A stretch of 64,000 bases of DNA from a bacterium (lineage in GTDB: Bacteria; UBA8248; JACPRG01; G963555815): the NCBI GenBank assembly GCA_965261595.1, contig CBDHDG010000006.1, forward strand, positions 96,001 to 160,000, written 5' to 3'. The number at the start of each line of letters is the position of its first letter. Positions within the stretch are counted from its first letter, which is position 1. A program made the position numbers and the translations under genes. Below the pieces are notes generated by a model that searched no databases, had not been told where the DNA came from, and worked only from the letters and a program-made list of their open reading frames with translations. Positions 8,248-18,089 of this stretch are shown piece after piece.

Positions 8248-11211
8248 ATGCCGCGTGAAGAGGCGGATGGCCCAGGACGGCTGAAGGACCTGCTGGCGGA
8301 GATCGACCCCGACGTTCTCCGGGAAGTCATGCCCTTCACCGGGGGGGTTGTGACGATGATGTTCACCGACATCGTGGACTCCACGCCGATCAAGGCTGAG
8401 ATGGGTGACCAACCGTTTCGCGAGAACGTCCTGAATCCGCATAACACCCTCATCCGGGAATGTGTTGGTCACCACAACGGCCAGGAGCTCAAGACCATTG
8501 GCGACGCCTTCTTCGTCGGCTTCGCCCTTCCCGAGAATGGCGTGGCCTGCACCACTGAGATCCAGAAGAATCTAACCAATTCTCCAATCCAAGCGGGCGC
8601 GGCCGCGCTCCGGGTCCGGATCGGCCTTCACACCGGAACGCCCGAAGTCTACCGCGATCCCGTCTCGAAACTCATCGACCTTTCCGGGACGGACGTGGAC
8701 AGGGCGTCGAGGGTCGTGGCTTTGGCGGGTGGAGGACAGATCCTCATCTCCGATGAGACCCATGCCCTGGCGAAATCGAAAGAGGTCCACGATTGGGGAT
8801 TCTGGGAGCTGAAGGGCCTGGGGCGGCATCGGATTTTCGAGGTCCTGTGGGAGGGCAAAACACCCGAGCGGCCTTCCGGCCGTCCGTGGCTTAAGGCCGG
8901 GCGGTTCCCCACGCGGTTCGTCGGCCGCGAGGCCGAGATCGCCGAGGTCATGGACGCCGTGGAGAGCGAACGGCTCGTCACCCTCACGGGGATGGGGGGA
9001 ATCGGAAAAACGCGGCTTGCGGACGAGGTCGCGGCGCGGATGGGGCAGGGATTCGAGGACGGCGTCTTTTTCGTCGATTTGGCGGATATAGAAGATTCGG
9101 AAGCGGCGGTGGTCTCGGAGATCATTTCCCGAATCGGGATCGATCCGGCGGGGTTCCCGGACGAGGCGGCGGCGGTTCGGGAGACCCTTCGGAACCATCG
9201 CGCGCTCCTGGTCCTGGACAACTTCGAGGCCGTCATGTCGGCCGCGCCGTTCATCGGGAGGCTGCTCAAGGAGTGCCCGGGGCTTCGGTTCCTCGTGACC
9301 TCCCAGCGTCCACTCGGTCTGGACGGAGAGCAGCGAATCCCCGTGCGGCCGATGGACGTTGCGCCGTCAGAATCCTCCACCGATGCCGATTCATTGGGCC
9401 GCATGGACGGATTCAAGCTTTTCCGCGACCGCGCGCGGCTGAATGACCGCAAATGGGAAGTGAGCGACGCCGATGCGGCCGTCGTCGCCGAAATCCTGGA
9501 ATCGACCGACGGCATCCCCCTCTCCATCGAGCTCGCCGCCGCGAGGGTCGGGAAGGAACCGCTGAACGCGATCAGAGAGGGTCTCAAGGCGAGGCGTATC
9601 GAGTTCCTCAAGCGGGCCGGAGACACGGCTGACGAGAAGCGCCACGCGGGCATCCGGGCGTGCGTCGACTGGTCGTTCAACCTCTTGCCGCTGAAAGAGC
9701 GCACCCTCTTCCCGAAGCTCTCCGTCTTCGTCGGAGGGTTCTTCGCCGACGGCGCCACCGGGGTCTGCGGGGAGAAGAACGCCCCCGCGCTCCTCGATTC
9801 CCTCCGTGAAAGATCCCTTCTCGTGTGGGAGGAATCGCTGGGGAAGGCCCGGTACCGGATGCTCCCCACCGTCCGGGAGTACGCCGCCGAGAGGCTTGGC
9901 GATAAGGCGGAAACAGTCCGGCAACGCCATGCTGAACACTTTCTGAACGTCCTTGACCGTGCCAACGTCCAGATTTACGGAAAAGAGCAGATGACCGGGA
10001 TCAACCGGATCTCCGCCGACCTGGAGAACATCCGCGGCGGGATGGACGCGGCGGTTCGGAACGGCGATCATCTGGCGGTCGTGAGGCACTCCCAGGCATT
10101 CGGTGAATACTTTCAGATGAAGAGTCTTTTCGCGGAATCGTTACGGCGTGGACATCAAGGCCTCGCGTCGGCCGAGGCTTTGAAAGACGACGAGGTCATC
10201 GCGGGCTGCCGGAACAACCTGGGGAATGCCTACATGAGCCTTCCGGCGGGGGACCGGAGAGAGAACCTCAAGAACGCCATCGAATCCTACGAGGCCGCCC
10301 TGCGGGTCTATACCGAGGACGGGTTCCCGGTTCAGTGGGCGGGGACGCAGAACAACCTGGGTGAGGCCTATAGGAACCTTCCGACAGGCGACCGGGGGGA
10401 GAACCTCAAGAACGCCATCGGGTGCTACGAAGCCGCTCTGCGGGTCCACACCGAGGACGCGTTCCCGGTGGATTGGGCGATGACGCGGAACAACCTGGGC
10501 ACCGCATACTCGAACCTTCCGAGAGGGGACCGGGGGGAGAACATCAAGAAGGCCATCGAATCCTACGAGGACGCCCTGCGAGTCAGGACCAAGGACGAGT
10601 TCCCGGTTCAGTGGGCGATGACGCTGAACAACCTGGGCATTGCCTACAGGAACCTTCCGGCGGGCGACCGGGGGGAGAACGTCAAGAACGCCATCGGGTG
10701 CTACGAGGCCGCCCTGCGGGTCTATACCGAGGACGGGTTCCCGGTTCAGTGGGCGGGGACGCAGAACAACCTGGGCGAGGCCTACCGGAACCTTCCGGCG
10801 GGGGACCGGGGGGAGAACCTCAAGAACGCCATCGAATTCTACGAGGCCGCCCTGCGGGTCTATACCGAGGACGGGTTCCCGGTTCAGTGGGCGGGGACGC
10901 AGAACAACCTGGGCGAGGCCTACCGGAACCTTCCGACGGGGAACCGGGGGAAGAACCTCAAGAACGCCATCGGATGCTTCGAGGCCACCTTGCGGATCTA
11001 CACCAAGAACGGGTTCCCGGTTCAATGGGCGATGACGCAAAACAACCTGGGCATTGCGTACAGGGACCTTGAGACGGGGGACCGGGGGGAGAACGTCAAG
11101 AAGGCCATCGGGTGCTTCGAGTCCGCCATCCGGGGATACGAGGCGGCGGGGCTTGCGGAAAAGGCGGAAGAGGTCAGGCGGGAGTTGGATTCGTTGAAGG
11201 GGGAAGGGTGA
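8248..11211 (+). CDS. Class III adenylate/guanylate cyclase - STAND (NB-ARC-like) ATPase - TPR protein
   Basis: MFTDIVDST/KTIGDAF/VRIGLHTG (cyclase); GMGGIGKTRLA Walker A, LLVLDNFE Walker B, GIPLSIELAA; C-terminal TPRs. Confidence 0.92.
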   Translation: MPREEADGPGRLKDLLAEIDPDVLREVMPFTGGVVTMMFTDIVDSTPIKAEMGDQPFRENVLNPHNTLIRECVGHHNGQELKTIGDAFFVGFALPENGVACTTEIQKNLTNSPIQAGAAALRVRIGLHTGTPEVYRDPVSKLIDLSGTDVDRASRVVALAGGGQILISDETHALAKSKEVHDWGFWELKGLGRHRIFEVLWEGKTPERPSGRPWLKAGRFPTRFVGREAEIAEVMDAVESERLVTLTGMGGIGKTRLADEVAARMGQGFEDGVFFVDLADIEDSEAAVVSEIISRIGIDPAGFPDEAAAVRETLRNHRALLVLDNFEAVMSAAPFIGRLLKECPGLRFLVTSQRPLGLDGEQRIPVRPMDVAPSESSTDADSLGRMDGFKLFRDRARLNDRKWEVSDADAAVVAEILESTDGIPLSIELAAARVGKEPLNAIREGLKARRIEFLKRAGDTADEKRHAGIRACVDWSFNLLPLKERTLFPKLSVFVGGFFADGATGVCGEKNAPALLDSLRERSLLVWEESLGKARYRMLPTVREYAAERLGDKAETVRQRHAEHFLNVLDRANVQIYGKEQMTGINRISADLENIRGGMDAAVRNGDHLAVVRHSQAFGEYFQMKSLFAESLRRGHQGLASAEALKDDEVIAGCRNNLGNAYMSLPAGDRRENLKNAIESYEAALRVYTEDGFPVQWAGTQNNLGEAYRNLPTGDRGENLKNAIGCYEAALRVHTEDAFPVDWAMTRNNLGTAYSNLPRGDRGENIKKAIESYEDALRVRTKDEFPVQWAMTLNNLGIAYRNLPAGDRGENVKNAIGCYEAALRVYTEDGFPVQWAGTQNNLGEAYRNLPAGDRGENLKNAIEFYEAALRVYTEDGFPVQWAGTQNNLGEAYRNLPTGNRGKNLKNAIGCFEATLRIYTKNGFPVQWAMTQNNLGIAYRDLETGDRGENVKKAIGCFESAIRGYEAAGLAEKAEEVRRELDSLKGEG
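10213..11130 (+). repeat. Intragenic tandem array of 138-bp units (46-aa TPR-like repeats): 6 full and 1 partial
   Basis: AACAACCTGGG recurs at 10213, 10351, 10489, 10627, 10765, 10903 and 11041. Confidence 0.95.
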
Positions 11212-11335
11212 CGTAGTTGCTCGATGGGGCATGGGGCGGGGATGCTTCGCCGCGCTCGACACAGGCCCCGAACCCACCCCCCGCATCTTTCGAAAAGCGC
11301 TGAAAAATTGTTTCCCCCCAGGGGTCGCCATTGGT

Positions 11336-11498
11336 GTCATTCCGAGCGCAGCGAGGAATCTCGCATTGTTGTTGCACCGATTGTCGGATCACGCTACGGG
11401 AAGGGCCACGGCGAGACCCTCGGGTCGGTTGACCCTTCGTTGCGATGCGACTTCCGGCCTTCCTTTCCGGACGCTGTTCGCCCGTCGCTCAGGGTGAC
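11336..11498. repeat. Inverted pair of REP-like elements with internal insertions
   Basis: GTCATTCCGAGCGCAGCGAGGAATCTC at 11336-11362, and an interrupted partner GAGACCCT...CGCTCAGGGTGAC ending at 11498. Confidence 0.65.
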
Positions 11499-11566
11499 AG
11501 ACGTATTCGCGATGGGATTGCATCGACAAGACAGCCACAGCCCCGCCAACACCCCCCGTCAGCCGG

Positions 11567-12556
11567 TCAAAGACCCAAAATCCCGGCGGCGGTCCCGCCC
11601 AGGATCCCTTCCCTTTGCGTCCCGGTCAATCCGGGCATTTCCTCGACGGCGGAAACGGAATCATCGGTCCCCATGTCGAAGGGAAAATCCGACCCCAGGA
11701 ACAGCCGGTCCGGCGAAACCCAATCGAGCATCAGGCGGTAGGCCTCCGGATCGTGCGTGACCGTATCGAAAAAGAGCCTTCCGAAGGCGCGGCTCGGAGG
11801 CTCGGAGAGTTGCCGGCGGCACTCTTCACGCACCTCCCACCCGTGGTCCCAGCGGCCCAACAGCATGGGGGCGACGCCGCCCACGTGGGCGAAGCCCAGC
11901 CGCAGGCCCGGATGGCGGGCCGGGAGACCGCTGAAGATCACCCGGCCGATCGCCCAGGCGGTGTTCATCGGAAGACCGCACAGGTTCTTCAGGTAGGCCA
12001 TCCCGAGGTGGTCCTGGCCGATGAGCCACTGGGAATAGGGATGGACGAAAACAAACACCCCGAGATTTTCCGCCTCGGCGAAGAAGGGATCGAGGGAGGG
12101 ATCGTCCAGCGGAAGACCGTGGATGGAGCTTCCGATCTCGACCGCCCGCATCCCCAGCTCTTCCCGGACGCGCCGGAGCTCCGCGCAAGCGGTTTCGGGA
12201 TCCTGAAGCGGGACCGTTCCCATGGCGGCGAACCGGCCCGGATGGGCGCGCACGATCCCGGCATAGGCGTCGTTCACGACGCGGGCGAGCTCGAGGGCGC
12301 GTTCCGGGGAATCGGAGTAGTGAAACATGAACGTCGGCGGGGAAATCACATGGAGGCCGACGCCCGCCGTCTCCATCCGCGCGAGATGGGCCTCGGGCGC
12401 CCGCAACGCCGTGGAAACCGGGAAACGGTAACTGCCCGTGACGACGGCAAGCTCGCCGGTTGCGTTTTTTTCGAGGGTGAGGGAGGAGGCCCCCCTGATT
12501 CGGATCTCCTCCAAATAGGCGTCCGGGATGAAATGGGTGTGGGCGTCGACGCGCAT
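11567..12556 (-). CDS. Amidohydrolase_2 family protein (ACMSD-like decarboxylase)
   Basis: DAHTH, GTVPLQDP, FVHP, AHVGG, LFFDTVTH, LGSDFPFDMG. Confidence 0.9.
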   Translation of the reverse strand: MRVDAHTHFIPDAYLEEIRIRGASSLTLEKNATGELAVVTGSYRFPVSTALRAPEAHLARMETAGVGLHVISPPTFMFHYSDSPERALELARVVNDAYAGIVRAHPGRFAAMGTVPLQDPETACAELRRVREELGMRAVEIGSSIHGLPLDDPSLDPFFAEAENLGVFVFVHPYSQWLIGQDHLGMAYLKNLCGLPMNTAWAIGRVIFSGLPARHPGLRLGFAHVGGVAPMLLGRWDHGWEVREECRRQLSEPPSRAFGRLFFDTVTHDPEAYRLMLDWVSPDRLFLGSDFPFDMGTDDSVSAVEEMPGLTGTQREGILGGTAAGILGL

Positions 12557-13581
12557 CAGCCGTCCGCGCCCTTCCCGTCCCCCACGCCGAAAAACCGGAG
12601 GGCGTTTCCTCCCAGGAGGTCCCGGCGGGTTCCTTCATCCAGGCCCGGCAGGTCGCGGATCGACCTTCCCGGGGGATCCTCGCCCATGTCGAAGGGATAG
12701 TCGCTCCCCATGAGGACGTGGCCGGGCGCGGCCTTGGCCAGGAGGTAAGAGAGGGCCTTGGGGCTGTGCGTAATCGAATCGAAGTAAAGGCGCTCGGCGT
12801 AAACGCTCGGGGGCTCGGGGATGGCGGCCCGGCACTCGGGCCGGACCTTGTATCCGTGGTCCAGGCGGCCCAGCAGGATGGGGAAAAAACCCCCGCCGTG
12901 GACGATGCAGAGCTTGAGGCGGGGGAAACGCTCCAGGACGCCCGCATAGATGAGGCGCGCCGCCGAAACCCCCTCGTCGAAGACGAACCCGGCCAGGTTG
13001 TCGAGGAAATAATCCTTCAACAGGGCGTCGTCCGGGAACCGGTAGGCGTGGACGATAAGGCGGGCCCCGAGCGCCTCGGCGCACTCGAAGAAAGGCCAGA
13101 ACTCCTCCTCGTCGATGTAGCGGCCTTCCACGTTCGAGCCGATGATGGCCTCGAGCAGACCGTGTTTTTCCACCGCGCGCTCAAGGACGCGGACGGCCCG
13201 CGGGACGTCCTGAAGCGGGACCGTGCCGACGGCGAGGAAATGCTCCGGATGCGCCCGGACCAGGCCGCCATACGCCTCGTTCGCCGCCTCGGCCAGCTCT
13301 TCGCAGAGGGCGGCCTCGGTCCAGTAGAGCATCATGTTGGCCGGGGAGGGCGAGAGGATCTCCAGGTCCACCCCCTGCTCCGCCATCGCGCGGATGCGGA
13401 ACTCGATATCGCGGTGCCGCTCGTCCACGGGGGTCCGGTAGAAACGGGCCTGGATCATGGGGCTGCCGTCCGGCCCCCGCTCGAAGCGGACGTCGAGGCG
13501 GTCCGCGTCCCGCTCCACCCGGCGCAGGTAGACCTCGGGCAGAAAGTGGGTGTGCATGTCCACCACCGGAGCGGCCGGCAC
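12556..13581 (-). CDS. Amidohydrolase_2 family protein (ACMSD-like decarboxylase), tandem paralogue
   Basis: DMHTH, GTVPLQD, VHGGG, LYFDSITH, MGSDYPFDMG. Confidence 0.9.
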   Translation of the reverse strand: MPAAPVVDMHTHFLPEVYLRRVERDADRLDVRFERGPDGSPMIQARFYRTPVDERHRDIEFRIRAMAEQGVDLEILSPSPANMMLYWTEAALCEELAEAANEAYGGLVRAHPEHFLAVGTVPLQDVPRAVRVLERAVEKHGLLEAIIGSNVEGRYIDEEEFWPFFECAEALGARLIVHAYRFPDDALLKDYFLDNLAGFVFDEGVSAARLIYAGVLERFPRLKLCIVHGGGFFPILLGRLDHGYKVRPECRAAIPEPPSVYAERLYFDSITHSPKALSYLLAKAAPGHVLMGSDYPFDMGEDPPGRSIRDLPGLDEGTRRDLLGGNALRFFGVGDGKGADG

Positions 13582-13593
13582 GGTTGGCTCTCC

Positions 13594-14055
13594 TCAATCG
13601 AAGACGGCGGTGGCCTCGATTTCAATCATCATGTCCGGCGTCATCAGACCCGCCACCATGACCGAGGTCACGCACGGCAGGTCTTTCGTCTTGGAGTGCT
13701 TTTTGAAGAACGCGGCCCGCGCGGGGAGACCCTCGGCCCAGAAGGACTCCCGGTCGGTGAAGTAGAAGACATAATGCACGATGTCATCGATCGTCGCGCC
13801 CGCCTCCTCCAGCGTCAAGCGGACGTTTTCGAGGGCCTGGGTCATCTGGGCCCCCATGTCGCCCTTGCCGACGAGGCCGCCCGTGGAGATGGAAGGATAG
13901 CCCGACATCCGGAGGGTCTTTCCGCCTTCGGTGACGACCGCGTGGGCGAGCCCCCCCCCCTCCGGGCCGAACCCCATTAAAGGAGCGACGGTCAGAACCG
14001 ATTGTTTGTACATTTCGACGACTTCGGGAATGATGATGGTCTTTCGGTCAACCAT
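13594..14055 (-). CDS. RidA/YjgF/UK114 family protein
   Basis: GDMGAQMTQALENV...AGATIDDIV...MMIEIEATAV. Confidence 0.85.
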   Translation of the reverse strand: MVDRKTIIIPEVVEMYKQSVLTVAPLMGFGPEGGGLAHAVVTEGGKTLRMSGYPSISTGGLVGKGDMGAQMTQALENVRLTLEEAGATIDDIVHYVFYFTDRESFWAEGLPARAAFFKKHSKTKDLPCVTSVMVAGLMTPDMMIEIEATAVFD

Positions 14056-14163
14056 CCCTTTTTCCTCCTCTGATTGTGAATTCGGTTTCGGCGGAAGCCG
14101 ATTCCGCCCCTGAGGAAATTCGGCGGGATTAGAAGGGTTTTCCCGTCCGCCCGCGCTCGGGCT

Positions 14164-14933
14164 TCAGTCCACCCGTCCCGTGACCTGGAGATGCCCCCTG
14201 ACCTCTTCCATCAGGGAGGTGAACTCGGGCAGGCCCATGCTCTTGAGGGTCCTCGGGCGGGGCAGGTTCACGGGCAGGTTGCACAGGATCCGCCCCGGGC
14301 GGGCCGACATGACCATCACGTGATCGGACAGGAACACCGCCTCGGAGATGGAGTGGGTGATGAACAGGACCGTTTTTTCCGCTCCATCCAGATCCGCTGG
14401 AGCTCCAGGTTCATCTGCTCGCGCGTGAGGGCGTCCAGCGCGCCGAAGGGCTCATCCATCAGGAGCAGCGAGGGGTCATGGATGAGCGCCCGGCAGAGCG
14501 CCGCGCGCTGCTGCATCCCCCCCGAGAGCTGGTACGGGTAGACCTCCTCGAAGCCCTGGAGGCCCACCAGCTCGATGAGCTCCATGGCCACGTCCCGGTA
14601 GGCCTTGACGTCCCCATGGCGGATTTCGATTTGGAGGAGGATGTTGTCGATGATGGAACGCCATTCCATCAGGAGGGGCGTCTGAAAGACGATTCCGATG
14701 TCGCGCGTGGGTTCGCGCACCTCGGCCCCGTTCACGCGCACCGCCCCCTGGGTGGGCCGCAGCAACCCGGAAATCACCTTGAGCATGGTGCTCTTTCCGC
14801 AGCCGCTGGGGCCCACCAGGGAAAGGAACTGGCCCTCCTTCGCCTCCAGGTCCACCCCTTCGAGGGCGGGGACCGGGCCGCCCCGGGTCGGGTAGACCAG
14901 GTGCAGATCGGTCACTTCGATAACGTTCGTCAC
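14164..14933 (-). pseudogene. NitT/TauT-type ABC ATP-binding protein, frameshifted in an A run at ~14373-14378
   Basis: GPSGCGKST, LSGGMQQR, LLLMDEPFGALD. Adding one A restores KKTVLFITHSISEAVFLSD to the stop at 14164. Confidence 0.8.
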
Positions 14934-14969
14934 GTCTTTGTCGATAGAATCAGTCGTCTCCGTCCCGTC

Positions 14970-15990
14970 TTAGGCGCCGGGAACGAATTCATTCGTGTAG
15001 TAGGTCTTGATCGGAAGGGGCGTCTTGAGCACGCCCGTTTTGAGCAAGATCTCCTCGGTGCTTCTCCAATCCGTTTCGCTCATCCACCCGAGGGGTTTCC
15101 CCCACGTGCTCTTCGATTTCAGCAGCTCCAGCGTCCCCACGAACTGCAGGTTCACCGACGCTCTGCGGTGATCGTTGCCGGGGGAGTGCTTGAGGGCGAT
15201 ATCAACCGCCTCATCCACGTTGCACGGCCGATTCCTTCCAGGCCTTTTGCGTGGCGCGCAGGAACCCGCGGACCAATTTACCGCGTTTCAGGGTGTCCTT
15301 GTGGGTGAGGATCCCCTGGCCCATGGGCTTCACACCCCAATCCGTGAAGGGGAGAAAATGGACGGGCTTGCCCTTTCCCTGCTTGGCGCGGACAACGAAG
15401 TCGTTGGGGGAACCGGTGGTGATGCTCATGATGGTGTCCACATTGCCGTTTGCAAACGTCGTGTTCCGCGTTCGGCCGCCGACGATCCGCATCTTCACGC
15501 TGTCCACCGGGACATTGTTGATCTTGAGCCAAAGCTTCAGGATCGACAGGTGGACCCCCACGGACGCCAGGGTCTTGCCCATGAGATCCTGGGGTTTGCG
15601 GACCGGGTTATCCTCGAAGGAAATGATGGCCTAGGCGCTTTTGGCCTGAACCGCGTAGATGGCCTTGACGGGCACCTTTTTCGCGACCGCCTTGGCCAGG
15701 GCCAGGTAGTCGGCGAAACCGAAGGTGTTGCGATTCGCCGCGAGGGCGTTGATCGTCTTGCCCGATCCGGCGCCTTCCTTGATATCGAGATCGATCCCCT
15801 CCTTGGCGTAATACCCCTTCTCCTTGGCCCAGTAGAACGGGGTGTGATAGCCGGTGAGCTTCCACTCCAAACGGAGGGAGGCCTTTTCGGCGGCGGCCTG
15901 TCCGATCCAACCGAAGACCAAGACCCCCGCCAGCAGGGCGAAGGCGCAGATCCATCCCCGTTGCTTACGACTTGTGGCCTGGAATCGCAT
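14970..15990 (-). pseudogene. NMT1/THI5-like ABC substrate-binding protein with an in-frame TAG (15631-15633) and a frameshift (~15220)
   Basis: Three collinear fragments: signal peptide + LRLEWKLTGYHTPFY...; KPQDLMGKTLA...; VDEAVDIALK...YYTNEFVP. Confidence 0.8.
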
Positions 15991-16029
15991 GAGCGTTCCT
16001 CCTTTTCTGCCGGCGCGGCGCCGGCGCGT

Positions 16030-16896
16030 TCACGACTGCCAGAGAGATTCTTCCTGAATGCGAACGGAAACGTGCCAGGGAAGTGCAATCTTTTCCAGGT
16101 AGCTCACCGTGCCAAAGAGGACGATCCCGATGACGATCAGGATGGCGAGCGTCGAAAAGAGGAGACCCGAATCCAGGTCCCCGGAAGAGGTCAGGATGAG
16201 GAATCCAAGGCCCGCGTCGGATCCCACAAACTCCCCCACGATCGCCCCCACCACCGAGAGACAGATGGAGATCTTCAGGCCGCTGAAGAACTGCGGCAGG
16301 GCGTGCGGCACGCGCACCTTCCAGATGAGCTGCCGGGCCGAGCCTCCCATGGTTTTGACGAGGTCCAGCATATCGGGTTCCACGCTCTTGAGCCCCGCCA
16401 CGGTGGCGATCAGGATGGGGAAAAACGCGATGAGGAAAGCAACGGCAATCTTGGGCAGCAATCCGAACCCGAGCCAAATGACGAATATCGGGGCGATCGC
16501 CACCTTCGGGATGGACTGGGACATCACCAGAAGCGGCAGCGTCACCCGCTCGAACGTCCGGTTGATGACGATGCTCATGAAGAACCCGGCGAGAATCTCG
16601 TTCAACGTGATCAAGCTGTGCCGGGAAAGCAGCGGCCAGCGCTCGACAATCTGGACCGCGATGACTTCGGGAGCGGGTATTAAATAATCCGGGATGCTGA
16701 AAATGCGGACGCAAAGGCTCCAGAAAACGACGAATCCCACAACCGCCGAAGCGGGCAGGAGAAAGTCCATGAGGGAGTTTTGAGCTCCGGACCCGTTTTC
16801 CGCATGCGAAGAGCTTTTCCTTCCGGTTCCGTTCCGGGGTAAGCCGGGTCGACGCGTGAAAAATCTGTCTTGGATATTTCGCGGAGTATATTCCAT
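16030..16896 (-). CDS. NitT/TauT ABC permease (start uncertain; probable short in-frame deletion near 16565)
   Basis: PDYLIPAPE, QSIPKVAIAP, VPHALPQFFSGLKI, GAIVGEFVG. The usual helix between MSIVI and RTFER appears missing. Confidence 0.8.
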   Translation of the reverse strand: MEYTPRNIQDRFFTRRPGLPRNGTGRKSSSHAENGSGAQNSLMDFLLPASAVVGFVVFWSLCVRIFSIPDYLIPAPEVIAVQIVERWPLLSRHSLITLNEILAGFFMSIVINRTFERVTLPLLVMSQSIPKVAIAPIFVIWLGFGLLPKIAVAFLIAFFPILIATVAGLKSVEPDMLDLVKTMGGSARQLIWKVRVPHALPQFFSGLKISICLSVVGAIVGEFVGSDAGLGFLILTSSGDLDSGLLFSTLAILIVIGIVLFGTVSYLEKIALPWHVSVRIQEESLWQS

Positions 16897-16996
16897 CCCG
16901 CCCAATGAATTCAAGGGGGTTTCTTCGGCGGTGATCCCCAATTTTCATCGGCCGTGCGGCAGCGGTCGGATTGATTAGGACCGATCTGAAGCACTT

Positions 16997-17023
16997 CTGG
17001 ATTCCCGCCTGCGCGGGAATGAC
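16997..17023 (-). repeat. REP-like palindrome GTCATTCCCGCGCAGGCGGGAATCCAG
   Basis: ATTCCCGC-CTGC-GCGGGAAT hairpin with a GTCA-type foot, intergenic. Confidence 0.75.
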
Positions 17024-17047
17024 AATCGGCCCCAAAAAGTCCCCTGT

Positions 17048-17911
17048 TTACTTCGCGAAACCGAGAAGAACGACGCCCAGGACGATGAAAGCGGACCCCG
17101 TGAGGCGGTAGCCGGCGTTGCCTTCCCTCAGCAGAAACGCCCCGAGCAGCGCACCCAGGACCAGGCGCACCTCGCGGCTGGCCACAACGTAGGCGGCGGG
17201 CGCCAGCTTCAACGCCCCCAGGATCAGGCCGTACGCCGTCGGCACAAGCAGACCGCAGGCGATCAGCCGCCCCCACTCCGCCTTCCAGGTCGCCCGGACC
17301 GGACCCGCCCCCCCGACCAGGGCGATGGGGGCGAAGACAATCGTCGTCACGACGAAGATCAGGTACACGTAGGGGACGGGGCTCACATACTCCACGCCCG
17401 CCTTGTCCACAAGGGTAAACCACGTGATCAGCACCCCCGCGAGCAGGGCCCACATCGACCCCGGCGTCCGGGACGGAAAAAGGGTCTGTTTCCAGGAGCC
17501 GGGCCGCATATGAAGGATGAAGATCCCGACGAGGACCGTTCCGATTCCGGCCGCGCCCAATCCGGACAGGCGCTCCCCGAGGAGGGGAACGGCCAGGACC
17601 GTCACGAAAAAGACGCTGCTCCCCCGCGCCAGCGGATAAACCAGGGAGAGGTCTCCGGCGTCGTAGGCCCGGCCCAGGGCCCAATAGTAAAAGGCGTGGC
17701 CTATCCCGGAGAGGACCGTGAACACCCATCCCCGCCAGGGCAGATCGAGGAAAAATCCCATCCCGACGAATACGGGGAGATAGGCGACGACGAAGACGAG
17801 GTTCGAGATCCACAGGAAGGCCGCCTTGTGGACGCTCGACTTGGTCAGGTAATTCCACCCGACATGGAAGATCGCGGCGCCCAGAACCAGGGCCAGCGCC
17901 GTGGGGTTCAC
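17048..17911 (-). CDS. DMT/EamA family transporter
   Basis: AYDAGDLSLVYPLARG, LLGERLS, YVVASREV; hydrophobic throughout. Confidence 0.9.
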   Translation of the reverse strand: MNPTALALVLGAAIFHVGWNYLTKSSVHKAAFLWISNLVFVVAYLPVFVGMGFFLDLPWRGWVFTVLSGIGHAFYYWALGRAYDAGDLSLVYPLARGSSVFFVTVLAVPLLGERLSGLGAAGIGTVLVGIFILHMRPGSWKQTLFPSRTPGSMWALLAGVLITWFTLVDKAGVEYVSPVPYVYLIFVVTTIVFAPIALVGGAGPVRATWKAEWGRLIACGLLVPTAYGLILGALKLAPAAYVVASREVRLVLGALLGAFLLREGNAGYRLTGSAFIVLGVVLLGFAK

Positions 17912-18089
17912 TGGAATTCCTCGAAGCTTCGGTGAAGGACGGCCGAAAAGCGGACATCAGCGGCCGGAGAGGCCGCGGTCCCTTTCTTTCACGAGGCGGA
18001 TGGAGCGGGCGCGGCGTCCACGCCCGGCAACCGGCGAGATCATACGCCGCCCTTTCGCGATTGCAACCGGAATTCCCGCCGGCGTCCGG

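Noticed and set aside
10213..11130. Regular repeats as a CRISPR array
   Set aside because: The units are contiguous in-frame 138-bp coding repeats with no unique spacers and no cas genes.
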